Shown: piece after piece, positions 25,446-33,942 of the stretch
Layout: each line of letters begins with the position of its first letter
How positions within the stretch are numbered: position 1 is the stretch's first letter
Assembly (NCBI GenBank): GCA_963804995.1
Contig: CAWDSK010000005.1
Coordinates: 736,001-800,000, forward strand
Source: an uncultured Acidobacteriota bacterium
Lineage (GTDB): Bacteria; Acidobacteriota; Terriglobia; UBA7540
Reading direction: 5' to 3'
DNA: 64,000 nt
Notes under the pieces: generated by a model
Told to the model about the DNA's origin: nothing
Database searches by the model: none
Seen by the model: the letters and a program-made list of their open reading frames with translations, nothing else
Made by a program: the position numbers and the translations under genes

Positions 25446-27440
25446 TCACCCCCTCACCAGCAGGAGGATCGTCGTCACAATGACGGCGCCAATCACGATC
25501 CACAGAAGATAGATCTGCGGGGTTCCCACGTGCGTTCTGCTCACGCGGTCTGCGGCCCTATCGATAAGTTTGACGACCGGCGTATACAGCCACCGGTCAA
25601 AATCGAGCGCGCGGCGAAGGGGAGCCGGAAACTTCGGTACATGGACTTGTCCGCTGGGATAGATTCCCTGGAACGCGTGTTTGAAGGGCAAGTAAAAACT
25701 GCTGGCGGGATAGCGGACCGTAGCCGGAACGTGTTCTTCTCCGCAGTACCAGACCGGCGCCGACCGCACTTCGGCTCCACCCGCGCGCTGAATGCCATAG
25801 GAAATCAATGCCAGGATTGCCAACGCTGCCAGCATGGCGAGGGGTGACCAGAATCCGGATCCATCCGTGAGTGACAGGCCACCCCATAACCGGCTCGCAT
25901 CCACACCCACTGCTGCCATGCCCGTAACACCCTCGATAGCATTCCCGACGAAACGCAACATAAGCTGGGGAAAGATGCCGAGCAGAACGCAGAGGGCGGC
26001 AAGCACCACCTGCGGCACGACCATGGATATCGGCACTTCCTTAATTGCCCGGCGCTCATCACCGTTGCCGAAAAAGACGGAGCCGAGCACCTTCAGGAAG
26101 GAAGCGAGCGTGGCGAGCGAAATGAAAAGCGCTACCAGACCCAGCACGAGGAATAAGGGAAATCGCATTCCGGCCAAGAGGCACCCGGCGACGATCAGCC
26201 ACTTGCTCGAGAACCCGTTGAAGGGTGGCACCCCCGCGATGCTCAAGGAGGCGATGGTGGTCGTGCCGGCGGTGTACGGCATGAAACTCCCCAGGCCCCC
26301 CAGCTTGTCCATGTCGCGCAGGCCGGTGCGGTAAAGGACTGAACCCGCTCCCAGGAACAAGCATGACTTGAAGCAGGCATGGTTTATCGCGTGCAAAATT
26401 GCACCCGCGAGAGCAATCGAGGCCAGGGCCGGGTACATCTCCAGACAATAGGCGCCCACACCTAACCCGAGGCAGATATAACCGATTTGTCCGATGGTGT
26501 GGAAGGCCATCAGCCGCTTGGTGTCGGTCTGCCGCAGTGCGGTCAACGTCCCTACGAAAAGCGATCCGGTGCCCGCGAGGGCCAGAATAATTCCCCAGAT
26601 CCGGAGCGACGGTGACGCCGCGAGAAATGAGCAGAAGAGGCGAACCAGGCCATAAATTCCCAGTTTGACGAGTGCACCGGAAAGCGTGGCGCTCATCCCG
26701 GAAGGTGCAACGGGATGGGCGTCGGGGAGCCAATCACCCATGGGCAGGATTCCTGCTTTGGTGGCAAATCCCAAGAAGAAAAGGAAGACGACGGAGTGAG
26801 CGAGGTACGGCCGGGTGTCGAGCAGCGCGGTCAACGTTTGCCGGATGGAGTCGAAAGAAAATGACCCGGACGTCCTCCAGAGCAACAGTGCCGCGGCCAC
26901 CATGCACAGCGTGGCGCCGTGGGTGATGATGAAATACTTCAAGCCCGCCCGCTGGCTCGCCGGGTTCTCGCTCTCAAACGTCACCAGGAAATAGGAGGTC
27001 AGCGTCATGGACTCCCAGAAGATGAGGAAAAACAGGAAATCCGTACACACCAGGACTCCGGTCATGCTGGCCACGCAGAGAAGAAGCAGCGGGAAGAACT
27101 TTGCGACCTTATCGTGCTTGTAGTGCTCCATGTACCGCACGGAGTAGAGCGTGCTCAGCAGAGCAATCACGGCCACGATGGTAAGGAAAATGGCGCTCAG
27201 TGGATCAACCCGCAGGGTGAAGCGGGCGCCCAGTTGGGGTAGCGAAAGAAGCGAATGTTCGTCTGAGGCCACCGTCGAGGCCCCTACCACCGCGAGCCCC
27301 GTAAACACCGTGGAGGCGCTAACGAAAGCGAAGCTGACCCAGCCACACACTTTCCGGTTGCGCGCAAAGAGCAGGCTCACCAGTGACCCTAGGACCAAGA
27401 TCACAATACTGGCTTCGATGTTGCGAACGGCATTCATCAT
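25446..27440 (-). CDS. hyfB: Antiporter-like membrane subunit (HyfB/HycC-like)
   Basis: 664 aa; WLPDAHPVAPS, KRLMAFHT, NHACFKS, WYCG tail. Confidence 0.85.
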   Translation of the reverse strand: MMNAVRNIEASIVILVLGSLVSLLFARNRKVCGWVSFAFVSASTVFTGLAVVGASTVASDEHSLLSLPQLGARFTLRVDPLSAIFLTIVAVIALLSTLYSVRYMEHYKHDKVAKFFPLLLLCVASMTGVLVCTDFLFFLIFWESMTLTSYFLVTFESENPASQRAGLKYFIITHGATLCMVAAALLLWRTSGSFSFDSIRQTLTALLDTRPYLAHSVVFLFFLGFATKAGILPMGDWLPDAHPVAPSGMSATLSGALVKLGIYGLVRLFCSFLAASPSLRIWGIILALAGTGSLFVGTLTALRQTDTKRLMAFHTIGQIGYICLGLGVGAYCLEMYPALASIALAGAILHAINHACFKSCLFLGAGSVLYRTGLRDMDKLGGLGSFMPYTAGTTTIASLSIAGVPPFNGFSSKWLIVAGCLLAGMRFPLFLVLGLVALFISLATLASFLKVLGSVFFGNGDERRAIKEVPISMVVPQVVLAALCVLLGIFPQLMLRFVGNAIEGVTGMAAVGVDASRLWGGLSLTDGSGFWSPLAMLAALAILALISYGIQRAGGAEVRSAPVWYCGEEHVPATVRYPASSFYLPFKHAFQGIYPSGQVHVPKFPAPLRRALDFDRWLYTPVVKLIDRAADRVSRTHVGTPQIYLLWIVIGAVIVTTILLLVRG

Positions 27441-27441
27441 G

Positions 27442-28908
27442 CTATTTCCCCATTAACTGCACTAAGGGCATGCCCACCAGCGGGGCTACCACGCAGCCGA
27501 TCATCAGGATGACCAAAGTGGAATCCATGGGCCACGGTGGATCAACCGGGACTTCCACCGGCACCAGGGGCGCCCCCAGGAAGATTTTTTGGGCGATGTA
27601 AAGCATCCATCCGAAGGAGACCAGCGTTTCGACAAGGATGAAAATAACGATGAGCGGTCCGAGGGGGCCGGGAAGACGCATGGCGCCCGAGAGAATCATG
27701 AACTTGCTCCAGAAGCAGGCGAGCGGAGGAACTCCGGTAACACTCAGGAGCCCCACGAAAAATGCCGTAGCCGTGAGGGGCAAGATTTTTCCCAGGCCGC
27801 GCAGCGCTGATATTTTGCGCGTTCCGGTGACATAGGCGATGCTACCCGCGCAGAAGAAGAGGGTCGCCTTGCTGTAACCGTGACAGATGATGTGCAGTAC
27901 AGCGCCCCGGAAACCCAGGGTTGACCCCATCGCTCCGATGGCGATGCCCAGGAACACGTACCCGAGATGAGCAATGGTTGAATAGGCAAGCAACCGCTTC
28001 AGATCATCCTGAACGAAATAGAAGGAGAGAGCGACGAAAATGGTGAGCAGCGCCATGCCGGCCATGAGCAATGCTATCTTCGGTGGAATGTCCCACCCGC
28101 TACTCACCGTCCTGGCCATAAGGAAGACGCCGGCTTTGACCATCGCTGCGGCGTGGAGGTAGGCGCTGATGGGAGTCGGCGCCTCCATAGCATCCGGCAA
28201 CCAGGTATGCAGGGGCACCTGCGCTGCCTTGGCCCAGGCTGCAATCAGGATAAAGAGCAAAACCCAGGATTTGAGACCCTCGGGCAGCCGGCTGAGAGCA
28301 GAGAACTCAAAGGAATTGGTATGAGCAAAAATAATAAGAATGGCCAGCAGCAGGAAGGCGCTACCGACATGCGTCATCAAAAGGGCTTTGAATCCGGCCC
28401 GTAAGCTGCGCTCGTTCTGGTGAAAAGAGATCAGGGCCCACGAACACAAAGTGGTCATTTCCCAGAAGACGAGGAACTGAAGGAAATTAGGCGAAACCGC
28501 CACACCCGCCATGCTGGTGATGAACAACAGGAGCCAGAAATAGTACCGGCCGTAATGCTCACTCCCTACCGGGTGCTCCCGGTTCTTGTCGGTAAGGTAG
28601 GAAGTGGAATAGAGGACGGTCAGCAATCCGATGGGCACCGCCACCAGCAGCATCAAGCAAGCCAGGGGATCGATCAGAATCCCCAAAAGGGGCGCATCGA
28701 CGATGCCATGCAGCCAGGGAAGGCTTCCCAACATTTGGGTGGAAGCGGCGCCGAAGGTGGAAACTGCCAGCCATGCCGCAAGGCCGGTGACTATGGCGGC
28801 AATTGTTACCGCCGCGGGGCGGGCGCGTTCTTTCAGAATCACGCACAGCAGGGCTCCCGCCGCGGGCAGGATCAGCATGAGGACGGCAATTGAGGTGGTC
28901 AGGTCCAT
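27442..28908 (-). CDS. hyfD: Antiporter-like membrane subunit HyfD
   Basis: WLPDAMEAPTPISAYLHAAAMVKAG. Confidence 0.88.
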   Translation of the reverse strand: MDLTTSIAVLMLILPAAGALLCVILKERARPAAVTIAAIVTGLAAWLAVSTFGAASTQMLGSLPWLHGIVDAPLLGILIDPLACLMLLVAVPIGLLTVLYSTSYLTDKNREHPVGSEHYGRYYFWLLLFITSMAGVAVSPNFLQFLVFWEMTTLCSWALISFHQNERSLRAGFKALLMTHVGSAFLLLAILIIFAHTNSFEFSALSRLPEGLKSWVLLFILIAAWAKAAQVPLHTWLPDAMEAPTPISAYLHAAAMVKAGVFLMARTVSSGWDIPPKIALLMAGMALLTIFVALSFYFVQDDLKRLLAYSTIAHLGYVFLGIAIGAMGSTLGFRGAVLHIICHGYSKATLFFCAGSIAYVTGTRKISALRGLGKILPLTATAFFVGLLSVTGVPPLACFWSKFMILSGAMRLPGPLGPLIVIFILVETLVSFGWMLYIAQKIFLGAPLVPVEVPVDPPWPMDSTLVILMIGCVVAPLVGMPLVQLMGK

Positions 28909-28936
28909 ACCTTTTTTCTCATCGGCGCGAGGCGCC

Positions 28937-29025
28937 TTGGAGTGCGGTAGCAGCAGCTACCGCCTTTCCACATTTGCCGTATGAACCGAAGGCGGAAGGC
29001 GGTAGCTGCTGCTACCGCACTCCAA
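28937..29025. repeat. REP-like inverted repeat (TTGGAGTGCGG…CCGCACTCCAA family)
   Basis: Overlaps the 3' end of hycI; the family recurs at 29547-29675, ~63436 and ~63735. Confidence 0.8.
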
Positions 29026-29508
29026 AGCTCGCCTGCGGCGAGCCGCCTCAAAAACTTCGTTCAACACCTCGGCAATGCTCGCCACGCTCGAGTGCACCTC
29101 GCCGCTCATCGGTTGCATAAAAGCCGTGTGCCGCGGCTGAATCGCAATCAGACAGAGGTGCGCGTGCGTTTCCCGCTCGAGGTAGTCCATGAGCAGGGTT
29201 ATGGGGACGCGGTGCGTGCTCGGCCAGTAACCCGCCACTTGCTCCTTATCCAAAAGCGCTACGGAGCCAGGGGCGGAATTCAAATCGACGGAGTCAATCA
29301 GCACCACGGTGTCGGGCCGCTCGTCTACCACTTGGCGAAAGTAATTTTCGGGAACCTCCTGGGCATCGATCACACGCACTCCGGGGGCGTCGCTGAGCAG
29401 TTGGGCCAACAGGCTGCCGGCGGCGTCATCGCCACGGCAGGGATTGCCTATGCCCATGATTACGACGTTGCCTTGAATTGCGGCGGCGAGTTGTTCTTGT
29501 AAGTCCAT
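28957..29508 (-). CDS. hycI: Hydrogenase maturation endopeptidase HycI-like
   Basis: GIGNPCRGDDAAG, PEN, IDSVD and STH motifs. Confidence 0.88.
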   Translation of the reverse strand: MDLQEQLAAAIQGNVVIMGIGNPCRGDDAAGSLLAQLLSDAPGVRVIDAQEVPENYFRQVVDERPDTVVLIDSVDLNSAPGSVALLDKEQVAGYWPSTHRVPITLLMDYLERETHAHLCLIAIQPRHTAFMQPMSGEVHSSVASIAEVLNEVFEAARRRRALECGSSSYRLPPSVHTANVERR

Positions 29509-29546
29509 ATTGCCGACTCGTGCGAACTCCTGCGCGAATGCGAACC

Positions 29547-29675
29547 TTTGGAGTGCGGCAGCTCGCTGCCGCTTTCCTCCCCGCGAGCTTGCTCGCGGGA
29601 ATTGCAACAGAGAACGTAAATGTCAGCCAACAACCTGGCTGGTGCAAAAGCGGCAGCGAGCTGCCGCACTCCAAA
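29547..29675. repeat. REP-like inverted repeat (TTGGAGTGCGG family)
   Basis: tttggagtgcggcagctcgctgccgcttt…aaagcggcagcgagctgccgcactccaaa. Confidence 0.8.
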
Positions 29676-29679
29676 ATCC

Positions 29680-30501
29680 CTACTCCACCAACCCCGCGAT
29701 CTCGCGATAATTGAAAACCGGCCCATCGCGGCATACGTAGCGATGGCCGATGGCGCAGTGATTGCACTTGCCGATGCCGCACTGCATCATGCGTTCCAGG
29801 GTGGAGATGACCGCCTCTTCCTTAAACCCGCGCGTAAGGAGGTCACGGACCACGAACCGGATCATGATGGGCGGGCCGCAAACATAGGCCAGAGTGGATT
29901 CCGGATGCAGGGTGACCTTCTGGAACAAAACGGGGACCACCCCCACATTTCCCGTCCAATCGGGCTCGGCCACGTCCACCGTCACGAGGAGTTTCACATC
30001 GGAGCGCTTTCCCCACACTTCCAATTCATCCTTGTAAACCAGGTCATGGGGCGTCCGGGCGCCGTAGAGAATGGTCACCTTGCCGAAGCGGTCGCGCTCA
30101 TCCAGGACGTTCCAAATCAGGCTGCGCAGCGGGGGCAATCCAATGCCGCCGGCCACAAAGAGCATGTCCTTGCCGCGCGCCGCCTGCACGTCGAAGCCAT
30201 TGCCGAAGGGACCTCGGATGCCCACCTCGTCACCATTTCCCAGCTTGTGCAACTGATCGGTCAACTGCCCCGTGCGCCGCACCGTCGTTTCCAAGGCCCC
30301 GGGCCGCGTGGGGCTGGAGGCAATGCAAAACGGCGCCTCGCCGCAGCCGAACACGGAAAGTTCCAGAAACTGTCCGGGAAGGAAATGAAAATGATTCCCA
30401 TTCTCGTGGTCCCGGAAGCGCAAAGTGAAGGTCTTGGTGTCGGGCGTCTCATCCCGGACCTTCTCAAGGCAGGCAATCTCCGGAAGGAAAACGTCATTCA
30501 T
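29680..30501 (-). CDS. FAD/NAD(P)-binding [2Fe-2S] subunit (sulfhydrogenase gamma HydG/AsrB-like)
   Basis: PGQF, RGPFGNGF, AGGIGLPPLRS, CGPPIM, MQCGIGKCNHC…VCRDGPVF. Confidence 0.9.
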   Translation of the reverse strand: MNDVFLPEIACLEKVRDETPDTKTFTLRFRDHENGNHFHFLPGQFLELSVFGCGEAPFCIASSPTRPGALETTVRRTGQLTDQLHKLGNGDEVGIRGPFGNGFDVQAARGKDMLFVAGGIGLPPLRSLIWNVLDERDRFGKVTILYGARTPHDLVYKDELEVWGKRSDVKLLVTVDVAEPDWTGNVGVVPVLFQKVTLHPESTLAYVCGPPIMIRFVVRDLLTRGFKEEAVISTLERMMQCGIGKCNHCAIGHRYVCRDGPVFNYREIAGLVE

Positions 30502-31534
30502 GCCATTTCCCCTTCCTGATGGCGGCCACCACCGCCGGCATGTGGGTCGTGCCTAAGCACGTCTTGATGCATCTCCCGCAACCCACACAGCCCACCGTGC
30601 TGTCGCGGGTGAAATACTGCGCACTCACTTTGTGGAAGAAACGGCGCTTCATCCGCTCCTTGCGATTTGCCCGCGGATTGTGTCCGGAAGCTTCGAGAGT
30701 GAAGGCGGTGTACTGGCAGGAATCCCACGTGCGGCAACGAACCCATGTGCCATTCTGGCGGAGATCCTTCACGCTGAAGCAGTAGCAGGTGGGGCACACA
30801 AAGTTGCATCCGCCACACTCGAGACACCAGTCCGCCATCTTCTCCCACAGCGCATCTGGCACACGGCCGGTTGAGATGCGCCTCATAGCCGAGGCGAAAT
30901 GGCAGGTCTCTGGCCCAAAACGGGCTTTCGCCGCTACCTCCAGTGCCTGACGCTGGGCGATTGCATATTCGCTGGCTTTCCGGAAGAGGTCCGGCGCCTT
31001 GGCCATCCCCGCCTCACCCTTTGCGCTGCCTACCTCGACGAGAAAGAGCCCGCCTAGATCCGTCAATTGCAGGTCGTAACTGTTACTCAAGAAGGGTCCT
31101 GAATCCGTACAGACACAGAAACCCGGAGGGCACGGAGTGGTGCAGGCCAGGCTGATGATCGTGAGGTTGTGGGCACGGCGAAGGTAGGAAGCGTCCGCGG
31201 GCTCCGCTTCGTGCATGCGCGTGAGGAAGGCGATTCCCTTCACATCACAGCTACGCACGTTGAAGAGGGTGCGGGGGGCGTTGTCGTAAACGGGCTCGAC
31301 TTCGTGGCGTTGACCGTTGAGCTTGATTTTAACCAGGGGGTCGGTCTGAGGCAGGACAAATTGCTTCGGTGGGTGAAGGGGGTTCTCAAAATCCCACAGG
31401 ACCTGACTGGGGGAACTGAGCGTCGAAAAGATAACATCCCCGCAGGGGCCACGCACCGGAGCGATGACCTCTCCAGCCTCTAGCAGCTTTGCAAGCCATC
31501 TGGTTGTGCCTTCTCTTGGTATCGTGAAGACCAT
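30494..31534 (-). CDS. Fe-S subunit (sulfhydrogenase beta HydB/AsrA-like)
   Basis: RSCD, CLECGGCNFVCPTCYC, WDSC, CVGCGRCIKTC. Confidence 0.9.
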   Translation of the reverse strand: MVFTIPREGTTRWLAKLLEAGEVIAPVRGPCGDVIFSTLSSPSQVLWDFENPLHPPKQFVLPQTDPLVKIKLNGQRHEVEPVYDNAPRTLFNVRSCDVKGIAFLTRMHEAEPADASYLRRAHNLTIISLACTTPCPPGFCVCTDSGPFLSNSYDLQLTDLGGLFLVEVGSAKGEAGMAKAPDLFRKASEYAIAQRQALEVAAKARFGPETCHFASAMRRISTGRVPDALWEKMADWCLECGGCNFVCPTCYCFSVKDLRQNGTWVRCRTWDSCQYTAFTLEASGHNPRANRKERMKRRFFHKVSAQYFTRDSTVGCVGCGRCIKTCLGTTHMPAVVAAIRKGKWHE

Positions 31535-31544
31535 TGCTGGCCTC

Positions 31545-33455
31545 TTAGGCCTGTTCTACCTTAACGGCCGTGACACTGTGCGTTCCCAACACGTCGACAA
31601 GATAATCGCGAAAAGCATAAGGCACATGTAGCACGCCGGGCTGGATATCCGACCTAACTCGAATCGGAACCACCGCACTTCCATGGAGGGAGGTCAACCT
31701 GACCGGCCGTCCCGGGTGCACACCGATTCCGTCAGCATCCTGCTTCGAGACCTCGACAAAACCCTTGGGGAAGAGCTTTCGCTCGGATTGGGAGTCACGA
31801 CATAATGTCGGCGAAAACGAGACAAGTGGGTCGCGACCCCAATCATAAGCGCAATCACGGACGAGCACATGCTGGCCCTCAGTAGGATTTAGACACAGTG
31901 GTTCCGCGACATGGAGTCTGAACTTTTCGCCATTTGAGCTTTTTGCCGCACCTCTGAGGTCCCACTTATCGTCCCACTTGTTCGCCTCCGAGCGTCTTAG
32001 CGCGCGTTGTCCCACCTCATTCAGAAGGTCCGCAAGTGAAGTGTATGAAGCACTGGCGTCAAATCGCGCACAGAGCTCCGCGAGCACTTGCCACCCAGGT
32101 CGCGCGTCGCCCGGCGGATCCGTGGCCACATGGAGTTCTTGGATTCTGCCTTCCATATTGGTGATGGTTCCTTCCGTTTCCGCAAAGCTCGCAATCGGCA
32201 GTACGACGTGGGCCATCTGTGCAGTGGGTGTGAGGAAGGCATCCAGCACCACAAGGAATTCCATTCTCCCCAGCGCAGCTAGGGCCCGCTGCCCAATCGG
32301 AAGGACCGCAAGGGGATCGTCGGCCAAAACAATCAGAGCGCTCACGGATTGCAAGATGCTCTCTGCATCCAAACCAGGAGTTGAGGGCAGTTCCTTTCCC
32401 CAGAGATCTTGCAGGCGCTGCCGAGCACGTTCGTCATCCAAGCGTTGGTGCCCGGGCAAGCGATCCGGAGCGATTCCCATGTCGCAGGCCCCTCGCACAT
32501 TGCTCCGCGCGAGAAGCGGCAATAGCCCGGAACCAGGCCTGTCCAAATGCCCCGTGACTGCCGCCAACGTGGCAAGGGCCGCGGCAACTCTCCGACACTG
32601 GTGGCCCTCTCCGCTGACCGGTGGAATCAAGAACGTCGCTCGCGTGGCACGCGCGATCCACTCCGCTGCCTGGCGCATCTCTGCGGATGCCTTGATGGTC
32701 CCGAGGTTCCGCCGCAGTGCGTCATACCCTTCGCAACCGACCCCAACTGACGCCCGATCTTCCAGCCCGAGGTGCAGCACCGCGGCGAGCAGCCCATCGA
32801 TTACTTCACCTTCATTCCCCGGCATCGCGGTCAACAGCAGGGAAGCCAGTCGCGACATCTGCGTTCCGGTATAGCCTATGGTTATAAGGTGGGCGCCTTT
32901 TTCTACTGCGGCCATCACCGCCGAAGCAGCGCGCGGGTGAGTAGTAGCCAAATCACCTTCCATCAGCAAGATCGTTTGGCTTGATTCGATGTCATTCAGA
33001 CTGAGGGACGGAGTGCATTCGCCACAGACTTCTTCAAGACCTGCCAATAGCGGGCCACACACGGAGTGGTAGGAAAAATCTAGGTTGTTGGTTTGGAGGC
33101 CAGCCCGTGCCAGCTTGCCAGCCAGGTAGTTCTCCTCATTGGTTGCCCGGGCAGAACCAAGAACGCCCACAGATTTCCCCGCGGCGATTAATTCCTTGAT
33201 GCGCCCTGCAACGAGGTCAAGAGCCTCAGACCACGAGGCAGAGTCCAGCTTCCCGTTCCGGTTAACCAGTGGCTGCCGCAACCGTTCACCCCACAAGGCA
33301 GCCTCATGGGCACTCCACCCCCGGGCGCAAAGCTTTCCCAGGGACACCGGATGGCTTTCACTCGGCGCCACGCCCACCAATCTTGCTTGGTTCGCTAACA
33401 AGTAAAACCCGCAGCCACAAGCGCAAAACGGGCACGTGGTGGGGACGGGTAACAT
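31545..33455 (-). CDS. FdhF-like molybdopterin-oxidoreductase-fold protein with a degenerate active site
   Basis: TTCPFCACGC…KLCARG Fe-S motif, TNEENY, NVRGACDMG, PIASFAETEGTITNMEGR; GGAGG RBS before ATG 33455. Confidence 0.85.
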   Translation of the reverse strand: MLPVPTTCPFCACGCGFYLLANQARLVGVAPSESHPVSLGKLCARGWSAHEAALWGERLRQPLVNRNGKLDSASWSEALDLVAGRIKELIAAGKSVGVLGSARATNEENYLAGKLARAGLQTNNLDFSYHSVCGPLLAGLEEVCGECTPSLSLNDIESSQTILLMEGDLATTHPRAASAVMAAVEKGAHLITIGYTGTQMSRLASLLLTAMPGNEGEVIDGLLAAVLHLGLEDRASVGVGCEGYDALRRNLGTIKASAEMRQAAEWIARATRATFLIPPVSGEGHQCRRVAAALATLAAVTGHLDRPGSGLLPLLARSNVRGACDMGIAPDRLPGHQRLDDERARQRLQDLWGKELPSTPGLDAESILQSVSALIVLADDPLAVLPIGQRALAALGRMEFLVVLDAFLTPTAQMAHVVLPIASFAETEGTITNMEGRIQELHVATDPPGDARPGWQVLAELCARFDASASYTSLADLLNEVGQRALRRSEANKWDDKWDLRGAAKSSNGEKFRLHVAEPLCLNPTEGQHVLVRDCAYDWGRDPLVSFSPTLCRDSQSERKLFPKGFVEVSKQDADGIGVHPGRPVRLTSLHGSAVVPIRVRSDIQPGVLHVPYAFRDYLVDVLGTHSVTAVKVEQA

Positions 33456-33747
33456 TGTTAGACCTCCCCCCGAAACTGGGAGCGTGGACGTTGGGATTCG
33501 CGCGGATGGAAAGGGAGTGCAGGCTGGTTCAACTGGAGTGGCAGTCTCAGCCATCCACGCTGACCCTGCTCTCGGTCTGGCTTTATTGATGGGTTTACAA
33601 GGCTTGAATTACCCGCTGACCGCTGTATTGCGGCCCTTTCACCGGGGAAATCGAGAGTATTGCCTTGGGTCGTGAAGACCCTAGGGCGCCCGATCGCCGA
33701 CATGGGGATAACACCCCCACCCGGGAGATAATACCTGCTTCACGCGT

Positions 33748-33764
33748 AGCACTGCCGTTGCCAA
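33748..33764 (-). promoter_or_regulatory. Putative sigma-54 (-24/-12) promoter of the hydrogenase operon
   Basis: Minus strand TTGGCAACGGCAGTGCT has exact GG-N10-GC spacing. Confidence 0.55.
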
Positions 33765-33942
33765 AGCATGGATTCGGCGCAATGCTTGAAGATCACGATA
33801 AGGAACTGGTTGTCCTAGCCCCCCCGCCGTTTTCGTTGAGGATTTCAACTGTCCTTGCTAACTGCTGGGAATCGAGGAACTAATTGAGTGAAACCCCCCA
33901 ATCTTAAGGAGGGCGACAGCTCAGCTAGGGCTGTTTGTGGCT

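Noticed and set aside
24962..25503. ORFs 24962-25438, 25067-25288 and 25261-25503
   Set aside because: Translations of REP and tandem repeats, not genes.
18850..28908. Respiratory complex I or Ni-less Ehr complex
   Set aside because: The large subunit has both Ni-binding CxxC motifs and a cleavable tail, and a HycI protease is in the operon.
29680..31534. Anaerobic sulfite reductase asrAB
   Set aside because: No siroheme AsrC subunit nearby; the context is a hydrogenase operon.
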